The notes under the pieces were generated by a model. It was not told the origin of the DNA. It did not search any database and saw only the letters and a list, made by a program, of their open reading frames with translations. The position numbers were made by a program, and so were the translations under genes. This document shows, one piece after another, positions 53,893 to 64,000 of a DNA stretch of 64,000 nt. Within the stretch, counting starts at the first letter, position 1. Every line of letters begins with the position of its first letter. Origin of the DNA: Octopus sinensis (Eukaryota); assembly GCF_006345805.1 (NCBI RefSeq), contig NC_043005.1:84320001-84384000 (forward strand), given 5' to 3'.

Positions 53893-54932
53893 ACAAGTAC
53901 TGTTGCTGAATATCTCCCGTTGTGAGATTTACAAATAGTAATTTTCTAATGTTACCATATTGTTTATAAATTTAGGAACAAGGTCAGCAAGTATGCATGT
54001 TGATTACCTCAGCCCCAGTATTCAACTGGTACTTCTTTTATCAACCCTGGAAGGAGGAAAGATAAAGCTAACTTTGGTGGGATTTGAACTCTGAATGTAA
54101 AAATGGATGAAATGCTTCTAAGCATTTTACTTGGAGTGTTATTGATTTTGCCAGCTTGCCCCTCTGCTCTTCTTACAATATTGCTATCAAAATTCACTGC
54201 CCTTGTTTTAATTAATTTTGAAAATAGGAAAAAATTTAGTAAAACAGCTTTATTATTATTATTACTAAGCTGGTGTTTGGAACATGAATTAGCAGAAAAT
54301 TTTAACAGGTTTTAATTTAAATCACTTAATTTAAATCAGTTTGTATCATTGAACCAGGGGTGGTCTCAGGCTGAGATTGGGATCTAAAGGGTTAAACCAC
54401 ATCCTACCATTATTGGTTGATGTAGTCCACGATTCAATGTGATTGAACAAAAAAAAACCGGCTGGATGGGCATAGTTGGGATGCCTTTGAACATAGGATA
54501 ACCCTTTTCTGACCATACTTCTGTTGAAATAGATTGCCCGTTTTACAATTAATTTTGAAATTAACGAAAAAGTATTTATTGAAATAACATTTATTGTTTT
54601 CAAGATGGTGTTTGGAATATAAGTCAACTTGAAATTTCAATGCAATTGGAGCTTTGTATCTTTCTTAGTCAACATAAGCTCTTTTCTTCCAGGTAAAATA
54701 AACATCAGAAATGCTTTGCCTCATGCAGCTACACAATGAGACCCTGAACTGAGAACCACATGACTGAATATAAAATATAGGTAATATTCTGTGATTTCAT
54801 TAGTCACTTATAAAACCTTCCTTATATAGTTGTAGCTGTTTACTGATCTAAGTAATCATTTTGGTGGCACAAGACATTCAAGACAACATTTATATCTTAC
54901 AGTGACATGTCTGCATACAATTTCTATACACA

Positions 54933-55715
54933 TTAAGGCAGCAAGCTGGAAGAATCGTTAGCACACCAGGTGAAATGCTTAGCTGTATTTCATCTGTCTT
55001 TACGTTCTGAGTTCAAATTCCGCCAAAGTTAACTTTGCCTTTCATCCTTTTAGGGTCGATAAATTAAGTACCAGTTACGTACTGGGGTTGATCTAATTGT
55101 CTGGTCCCTTCCCCAAGTTTTGGGCCTTGTGTCTGGAGTAGAAAAGAATTTATATACACATTGGCCACTTCTCTCTGATTCTGGTGCCACGTAAAAAGCA
55201 CTTGAGCTGGTGCCACAAAAACAACACCTGTCCTAGCACCATGTAAAAAGTATCTGTGCTGGCACCACATAAAAAGCACCCATTACACTTTGTAAAGTGG
55301 TTGGCTTTAGGAAGGGCATCCAGCCATAGAAACTAGGCCAAAACAGACATTTAAGCTTGATGCAACTCTCTTGTTTATCAGCGCCTTCAAAGCTTCCAAC
55401 CCATGCAAGCATGGAAAACAAATGTTAAATGATGATGATGATGATGATGATCTTTTATTCTTTCAAGCAGAGTGGGCTTGGCATTAATGAGATTGCATAA
55501 GGCATGAAACTGACAAAAACATTAGCACGCCGGGCAAAATACTTAGTGGTATTTTGTCTGTCTTTAAGTTTTGAGTTCAAATTCCGCTGAGGTCGACTTT
55601 GCCTTTCATCCTTTCAGAGTCAATAAATTAAGTACCAGTTGTGTACTAGGGTTGATCTAATCGACTGGCCCCTCCCCACAAATTTCGGGCCTTGTGCCTA
55701 GATTAGAAAAGATTA
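54933..55715 (+). mobile_element. Family A SINE, RTE 3' end, family A SINE
   Basis: About 54933-55150, 55185-55450 and 55520-55715, with family motifs. Confidence 0.75.
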
Positions 55716-56259
55716 ATGAGATTGCAAAGAAGACAAAAGGATTTTCACAAAGCTAAATAACTGATTGACTGACAGAATGATTAATCAAACAATTAATCAA
55801 TTAATTGGTTAGCCAAATAATTAACTGGTTAATCAAACAACAAATAAATATAGAACCAGTGTGTGTGTGTGGTTATTATTGGCACTGTGATCTTCCCAAC
55901 ATACAACAGAATATCTTTGTTATTGTCATAAAGCAATGATAGATCAGCCTTGCAGGAGTTATTAGTAAACAGAAAAGGAATGGCAGCTCCGTGTAATATA
56001 TTGGAAATTATAATAAGACCTGCATGAAGAAAATGGTTGCTATTTGAAGCACATTTATTCCTTTGCATGAAACTTTTCCTTGGGGCAGTAGAAGTTTTGA
56101 TCTTGTTCAGGATTTTCCTCTGTGTTTCAATGCTTTAATAATATATTCATTATTTCCGTAGGACAATGTCCAAAGTTATCCAGAAAAGATCAATGAAACT
56201 ACTACTACTACTACTACTACTTGTTCTTCCTCATCATCATCATCATCACCACCACCACC

Positions 56260-56293
<34 letters not shown>

Positions 56294-56534
56294 TCATCAT
56301 CATGGTATTGAACAGACAGAACCATTATTACATCGGACAAAATGTTTAGTGGCATGTCTTCCAGCTCTCTGCAAAAACTATTAAAGTCAACTTTCCCTTT
56401 CATCCTTTTGGGAGTCAATAAAATGAGTTCCTGGTTGAGCACTTGGGGTGATTGCAGTCAACTTGCTGCCCTCCTCTAAAATTACAGGCTTTTTGCCAAA
56501 ATTTGAAATCATTATTATTATTAAGGTGGTGCAA

Positions 56535-56875
56535 GGCACATGGCTCAGTGGTTAGAGCGTCGAGCTTACGATCACAAGGTTGTGAGTTCGAATCCTGGAC
56601 TGGGCTGCATGTTGTGTTCTTGAGCAAGACACTTTATTTCACGTTGCTCCTGTTCACTCAGCTGTAGAAATGAGTTGCGACATCACTGGTGCCAAGCTGT
56701 ATCAGCCCCTTTGCCTTTCCCTTGGATAACATCAGTGGTGTGGAGAGGGGAGGCTGGTATGCATGGGTGACTGCTGGTCTTCCATAAACAACCTTGCCTG
56801 GACTTGTACCTTGGAGGGTAACTTTCTAGGTGCAATCCCAGGGTCAGTCATGACTGGAGGAGATCTCAGCTCAGA
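56535..56875 (+). mobile_element. Family C CORE-type SINE, well preserved
   Basis: GGCACATGGCTCAGTGGTTAGAGCGTCGAGCTTACG (tRNA-like), GAGTTCGAATCC (B box), TTCTTGAGCAAGACAC (CORE). Confidence 0.85.
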
Positions 56876-56879
56876 AAGG

Positions 56880-57548
56880 CAGCAAGCTGGTAGAATTGTT
56901 AGTATACTAGGTGAAATGCTTAGCAGCATTTTGTCTGTCATCATGTTCTGAGTTCAAATACCACCAGGGTTTGCCTTTCATCCTTTCAGGGTCGATAAAA
57001 TAAGTACCAGTTGAACACTGGGGTCGATGTAATTGAATGGTCCCTTCTCCAAAAATGTCAGGCCTTGTGCCTATAGCAGAAAGGATTATTAAGGTAGTGG
57101 GCTGGTAGAGTTGCTTAGCAGCATTTCTTCCCAGTTTTTTTACATTCTGAGTTCAAATACTACTGATGTTGACTTTGCCTTTCAGGATTTCAGGGGTCAT
57201 TAAAATAAGTACAAGTTGAGAACTGGCATGATGTAATCAACTTCCCCCTCCCCTCAAAATGGGTTTACCTTGTAGTAAAATCAAAAAAAGCTGGCAGAAT
57301 CATTAGCATGCTGGGCAAAATGTCCAACAGCATTTCTTTTGAGTTTATGTGGAGTTCAGATGCCACAGAGATCGACTTTACCTTTCATCTTTTTGGGGGT
57401 CAATGACATAAGTACCAGTTGAGCACTGGGGTTGATGCTGTTGGCAAATCCCCTCCTCTAAAAATTTCAGACCTTGTGCTTGTAGTAGAAAGGACTATCA
57501 TTGCTACAACTACTACTACTACTATTAGTAGTAGTAGTAGTAGTAGTG

Positions 57549-57581
<33 letters not shown>

Positions 57582-57835
57582 TAGTAGTAGTAGTAGTAGT
57601 AGTTGCAGCAGCAGCAGTAGTATTAAGGTGGGAAACTGGCTGTATCAGGGCATATAAATATAATGATAATAATAATGGTTTCAAATTTTGGCACAAGGCC
57701 AGCAATTTGAGGGGCAGAGGTAAGTTGATTAAATCGACCCCTGCACTCAGCTGGTACTGATTTTATTGACCCCCGAATGGATGAAAGTTGAAGTTGACGT
57801 CGGCAAAATTTGATTCTGCCTGCTCACCACCTTAT
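56880..57835. mobile_element. Three tandem plus-strand family A SINEs, (AGT)n, then one minus-strand copy
   Basis: Repeated core at about 56980, 57180 and 57380; inverted copy at about 57675-57835. Confidence 0.75.
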
Positions 57836-57841
57836 TAATAA

Positions 57842-57876
<35 letters not shown>

Positions 57877-58085
57877 ATGATCTTTTTTCCAGAGGGAACT
57901 GTGACTAACAAAATAACAGCAACAGAAAAAACTAATGGAAACGTTGCTTCTTTGGCTCAATAAGAAGATTAGCTGCCATGTGACGTGACACACACATTAC
58001 AATTACACACAAACATGTTATATGTGTGTGTGTGTATGTAGTCTCAATATATATATAAATATTCACAAATAAATATATATATATA

Positions 58086-58159
<74 letters not shown>

Positions 58160-58471
58160 CATATATATATGCATATATATATATATATGGATATATATAT
58201 ATGTATATACACAGATGTATGTATATATATATATACACACACATACATATATATATGTATATATATATTCACTTATATATGTATCTACATATGTATGTAC
58301 ATGAGTGTTTGTGTAAACGTATAAACATACATCATACGTTTATACACATGTATGTGTGTGTGTGTGTGTATATATATATCAGTATAATTTTTTTCATTTA
58401 ATTCATTTATTTATAAAAATGCTAATACTAATAATCAGTAATAATTTATTTATCATCATCATTACTATCAC

Positions 58472-58515
<44 letters not shown>

Positions 58516-58682
58516 TATTATTATTATTATTATTATTATTCATGTATTTAGTTTATGAATTTTTTCAGGTTTTTTCTTTCAATTCCTAACCTATTCATTG
58601 AGTTGTCTATCTTTCTATTTGTATTTATTTAATTCACTGTATCGGTTTCAGAATCTGTTTATTTATCACCATCATGATGGTG

Positions 58683-58726
<44 letters not shown>

Positions 58727-59215
58727 CATTATTATTATTAATTTCATTATTTCTTTGATTTGAAATTGTATTATGCATTGCTGTTTTTTTTCTTTTTGGG
58801 GTTTCCTGTTTTCAAATTTTCAATCATTTAAATTTTATTTTATTTCATTTATTTTTTTGCATTTCATACATTTTCATCGTATTTTATTTATTCATATATT
58901 TATTCATTTATTTATTTTTCTTTCTTTAGCATCGTTTTCTTTTTTCTTTTTTTTAAATATACAGCGGAATGTCTTAACTTTGTACGAGGAGATTGATAAC
59001 GGATTATATTTAGTGAATAACGAGGTGGAAGATGAGAACGATTTTAATGATATTTCCAACTAATTTATATTCATAGAATTTAGTTGAGATTATTTCATAG
59101 AGAAAAATATGAACTATCTCCGAAAATGTCATTCTTATCAGCTTTCATTGCAAAGGTTACATTTATGAATGTGTGTGTATATTTATATATATGTATGTGT
59201 GTATATATTTATATT

Positions 59216-59240
<25 letters not shown>

Positions 59241-59248
<8 letters not shown>

Positions 59249-61133
59249 TATACACACACTCACATATATATATACACATATATATATACACACACATATA
59301 TTTGTAATTATACATGTATGTATGAATGTATATGAGACTTCATAATCATCCTCACCATTTTCATTTATACATCCGCTTTTCCAGGTGGGCATGGTTAGGG
59401 TGTGTCTTTTCTTTAGCACAGTTTTCCTTCCCATTCACTGCAATCCTTTACAATTTCCTTTCTGAGCATCCACCTCATGGAATCATTTGTCAACACTTCT
59501 CTTTATGTCAGGTCACTTGTGAGGTGTTTTTCATGAGTGCTATTGGCAACTTGGGATCCAGTACAACCTGTTGCATGGCCAGGTCGTTGGTGACTAAACC
59601 TGCACTCCCACTAGGACAGCTTGGTGAGGGAGGGTTGCTGGAAACCCAGCAGGACTGAAAACAAGACCTGACCAAAAGACAGATGAACCTAGTGTATGTT
59701 CAACAATATCTAGCAACAGCACAATCTTAGTCTGACTACTAAGCCCTTCCCCTCTGACACTCATAAATACATAAAAACCAAAAACAATATATGCTTCATT
59801 ATGTTTTATTATGCATGTGTACACTTGCACATACATATTTATGTACACACACACATACACACATAGATATATGTTAATATGTCTATATATCTTAGAAATT
59901 CCAAGTTGGTGTCTGGTGTGCAGGAAACCATCTTAGCTTTTGTTCACCATCTTAGCTTTTTGTTAATTGCTGATCCTCTGTTTAAACGGACCCTTAATTT
60001 ATAAGGGTATAAAACAAATATTTGACACAAATATTGATTTCTGTATGATCTGTATCAAACAATGAAGCTTGTTCTTAACGCGTATGCAGTCTGCATGAAA
60101 CGAATTTAAATGATGCCCTTCCTAACACCAACCACTCAGCACCACCACCATGTCTGTGCATATATGTATTTGTGTGTGTATATATATATATATATAATAT
60201 ATATATATATATATACACACACTCACATATATATATACACATATATATATACACACACATATATTTGTAATTATACATGTATGTATGAATGTATATGAGA
60301 CTTCATAATCATCCTCACCATTTTCATTTATACATCCGCTTTTCCAGGTGGGCATGGTTAGGGTGTGTCTTTTCTTTAGCACAGTTTTCCTTCCCATTCA
60401 CTGCAATCCTTTACAATTTCCTTTCTGAGCATCCACCTCATGGAATCATTTGTCAACACTTCTCTTTATGTCAGGTCACTTGTGAGGTGTTTTTCATGAG
60501 TGCTATTGGCAACTTGGGATCCAGTACAACCTGTTGCATGGCCAGGTCGTTGGTGACTAAACCTGCACTCCCACTAGGACAGCTTGGTGAGGGAGGGTTG
60601 CTGGAAACCCAGCAGGACTGAAAACAAGACCTGACCAAAAGACAGATGAACCTAGTGTATGTTCAACAATATCTAGCAACAGCACAATCTTAGTCTGACT
60701 ACTAAGCCCTTCCCCTCTGACACTCATAAATACATAAAAACCAAAAACAATATATGCTTCATTATGTTTTATTATGCATGTGTACACTTGCACATACATA
60801 TTTATGTACACACACACATACACACATAGATATATGTTAATATGTCTATATATCTTAGAAATTCCAAGTTGGTGTCTGGTGTGCAGGAAACCATCTTAGC
60901 TTTTGTTCACCATCTTAGCTTTTTGTTAATTGCTGATCCTCTGTTTAAACGGACCCTTAATTTATAAGGGTATAAAACAAATATTTGACACAAATATTGA
61001 TTTCTGTATGATCTGTATCAAACAATGAAGCTTGTTCTTAACGCGTATGCAGTCTGCATGAAACGAATTTAAATGATGCCCTTCCTAACACCAACCACTC
61101 AGCACCACCACCATGTCTGTGCATATATGTATT

Positions 61134-61159
<26 letters not shown>
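59241..61159. repeat. 963-bp tandem duplication with junctions in (TA)n
   Basis: Identical ORFs at 59326 and 60289, and at 59594 and 60557 (offset 963). Confidence 0.95.
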
Positions 61160-61177
<18 letters not shown>

Positions 61178-61257
61178 CACACATGAATGAATGGACAAAT
61201 GAAAAAGGGCACTCAACAAATTTATTGGGAGTTACATGTATGGATCAAAACAGTTTT

Positions 61258-61324
61258 ATTCAAATTCGTTGGTACTCTTGAGTTTCAAGCATGATGCTAG
61301 TCATGAGCCATTTCGAATTTGAAT
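61258..61324 (-). ncRNA. Mirror hammerhead motif in the left arm (stem I intact, G5-to-C core lesion)
   Basis: attcaaattcg-aaa-TGG CTCATGA ct-AGCA-tca-TGCT-t GAA A-ctc-aa-gag-T A CCA-a-cgaatttgaat. Confidence 0.7.
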
Positions 61325-61327
61325 TAA

Positions 61328-61388
61328 ATTCAAAATCGCTGACGACTAGCATCATGCTTGAAACTCAAGAGTACCAACGAATTTGAAT
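61328..61388 (+). ncRNA. Hammerhead motif in the right arm (intact core, core-proximal stem I deleted)
   Basis: attcaaaatcg CTGACGA ct-AGCA-tca-TGCT-t GAA A-ctc-aa-gag-T A ccaacgaatttgaat. Confidence 0.7.
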
Positions 61389-63456
61389 AAAACTGTTTTG
61401 ATCCATACACATACATACATACATACAAACATACATACATAAATACATATATACATACATGTGTGTGTGTGTGCGTGCATATACAAACACGTACATACAC
61501 ACAGAGATTCAAACAGTCACACATATGCTTATGTGCATATATATTTCTGCTCCACCTTTACATCTTTCTTCCTTCCTTCCTTCTTTCTTTCCTTCCATTC
61601 CTGTAGATGTATCTGTTTGGTCTTTCATCTTTAATGACAAGAATCCATTTTGCTAATTGCTTAATAGTGGTGATGGTGGTAGTGGGGATGGTTTTAGTGG
61701 TAGTGTTAGTGATAGAAGTGATGATGGTGGTGGTGGTGGTGGCGGTGGTGGTGGGAAGACAAAAACAAGAAAAAGTAGAAAGATGAAAAAGCAGATGCAA
61801 TAAAACAACAAAACAACAACAGCAGCAGCAAATGATAGGAATTAAATTGCTGTTATGTGACACCTGTAGAAGTGAAACCTTGATTTAAAGTGCTTCAAAA
61901 TGTGTAAAGGTGAGTATTTATGTGTGTGTGGATGTGAGTACATGTATACGTGTATGTGTGTGAGTGTTTGTGTGCATGTATGTGTATGCAAGTGTAAAAG
62001 TGTGTGAGTGCATGTGTTTATGTGTGTGTGTATATATGAGCGCATGTGTGTTTGTGTGTGGGTGTATATATATATATATATACATATGCACAAGAGTGCA
62101 TGCACATTTGCATGTATCTGTGCATGTGTGTGAGTACATGTATATATGTTTGTTAGTATGTGTGTGTGTATGAGTGCATGTATGTGTGTGAGTGCAATAT
62201 GCACATGTGTCTGTATATGTGTATATAATTAATCAGTCACAGAAGAACGATGGTGTCATGACCTTTGCATCAGTTACATCCCCTCGTGTCATGACCTTTG
62301 CATCAGTTACATCCCCTCCTCTTCCACTCCCCATCTTCCTCCTCGACTCAGTGCTTCATGTGCAGTTCTCACTTCTCATAGTTTGATGCCTTCAACAAAA
62401 GAGACTCTGGGTAGGAAGTAGGGTGGAGTACCAAAAGGTTGTAATGAAACTGTTATGCAGAAAAATTGGGATAAAATTGTAAAAGGGTTTCGTAGGGAGC
62501 ATACGAGATGTCACAGAGATGGTGATAGTGTTGTTTAGATGATCAAGGACTGTCCAGCCATGCCCAGCTATCTTATATTAAGATATTGCATTCAAGACTA
62601 CATTATCAAATGTGTCCGTCATTGCTTAAGATGGCTGAGATTGTAGTGAGGTTTAGGGTGTTGCACTCAGGATTGCAAGGTCCTTGTTTCAATTCCTGGG
62701 CCAGGCTATGCATAACGTTCTTGAGCAAAATCTCCCCATTTCACATTGCTCCAGTTCACTCAGCTGTAAATGAGTTCCTGCAAAATCTAGGGGGTTAACC
62801 CTGTGATGGACTAGCATTCTATCCTGGGGGAAGTGTTATAATCTCAATCACTTATATCATGCAAACCAGTTTAAGCCCTGGATTTATCAGTCCTAGGGTG
62901 CATGATGAACTTATGTTTAAGTGATTTGTTAGAGATTTTACTTGTATTACAATCAGAAGCCACAACCAGATTTCCACTATACCAAAGCTGCTCATTAATT
63001 AGTTGGAATTATGTAAATTTTACTAAAAGAAAGCTATTGTTAAAATCTACGACTGTACAAAAAGTTCTTTAAAATTTTAATTTTAATATATTTTTATCAA
63101 AATGTGATTTTTTAGTTTCTGTATTATTGAAGATTTCAATCACAAAAAACTAATTTTAATTCATTGTGAAGTTCTGTTCTTTACACTGCAAGATAGCTTT
63201 CCCTCTTTGTCCACTATTTCTCTCTCTCTCACTCTTATAGTTAGGATGATAACATGAAATCTGTTATAAGTCTCAGATAGTTAATTCCTCCAATGAGATT
63301 GCTGTTACTGTTATTGTAGTTCATATGATGAACAAGAATAAAAAATATTATTTCCCATCTCTGTACATATGTAATTGCGTGTTTATAGAAGGTTCTTAAT
63401 ATTAAAATGTACAAATGTGTGTGTGTGTATGTATATATGTATATATACATACACAC

Positions 63457-64000
63457 GGATGTACTATGGATGGATGAGGAGAGCTATGTGAAGAAGTGCC
63501 ACTCTCAAACAGGAGACCCAGGAAGACATAGGATGATGTGGTGAAGCATGAACTTCGAATGTTGGGCCTCACAGAGGCAATGACAAAAGACAGACTTCTG
63601 GAGGTATGCTGTGATTGAGAAGACTCAGCAAATAAAGTGAGTCCACAGCTGTAACCTACACCAGTGTCACATAACCGGCCCACTCAAAAGTACCTTGGAT
63701 CATAGGGTGACATGCTGTGCTTGAGGAGACCTATTGAGTCAAGTACCTCAATATCAATATCAAAAGCAAATCAGATGGAAATTGTAGTTGTGACCCCTGT
63801 GCCAGTAGCATGTAAAACACACCATCCAAACATGGCTGATGCCAGTGCCGTCTTGACTGGTCTGTGTGTCAGTGGCACGTAAAAAGCACCATCTGATCAT
63901 GGTTGATGCCAGCCTCCTCTAGCCCCTCTGCTGGTGGCATGTAAAAAAGCACCCACTACACTCTCAGAGTGGTTGGTGTTAGAAAGGGCATCCTGCTGTA
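63457..64000 (+). mobile_element. RTE-clade LINE 3' end: RT C-terminal remnant plus long 3' UTR, running off the window
   Basis: Frameshifted VLWMDEESYVKKCH..GRPRKT*DDVVKHELRMLGLTEAMTKDR..WRYAVIEKTQQIK*, followed by the UTR shared with 6150-6635. Confidence 0.85.

Larger units (their letters stand above)
61237..61409. repeat. Perfect 66-bp inverted repeat with a 41-bp spacer
   Basis: 61237-61302 is the exact reverse complement of 61344-61409. Confidence 0.98.

Noticed and set aside
56535-56610. tRNA-like sequences (also at 37560, 38547 and 18845)
   Set aside because: A and B boxes are present but there is no complete cloverleaf, and each continues into a SINE body.

Overview
AT-rich, extremely repeat-dense eukaryotic DNA with a 100-N gap at 18370-18469. 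The (TA/CA/AAT/GAT)n density and the SINE families resemble those I recall from Octopus (inference, not verified). I recognise no intact protein-coding gene, and nearly all tracked ORFs are microsatellite read-throughs. The window is a mosaic of several repeat classes. These are tRNA-headed SINEs of at least four families, 3' ends of an RTE-type LINE, five fragments of restriction-like-endonuclease (RLE) non-LTR elements, a Penelope GIY-YIG remnant, a hAT transposase remnant, hAT/Tc1/piggyBac-like MITEs, and Helitron/HINE-type elements. The main unexpected signal is at least eight minimal type I hammerhead ribozyme motifs from several unrelated sequence families, found by eye. One (50034-50080, minus) has a fully canonical core and stems. 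They lie in 300-500 bp terminally redundant or tandem units, and twice at the centre of long fold-back palindromes, as expected of Penelope pseudo-LTRs or retrozyme-like elements. A 240-bp CpG-rich, strongly self-complementary island at about 39.9-40.15 kb is unexplained. Coordinates of degenerate repeats are approximate.
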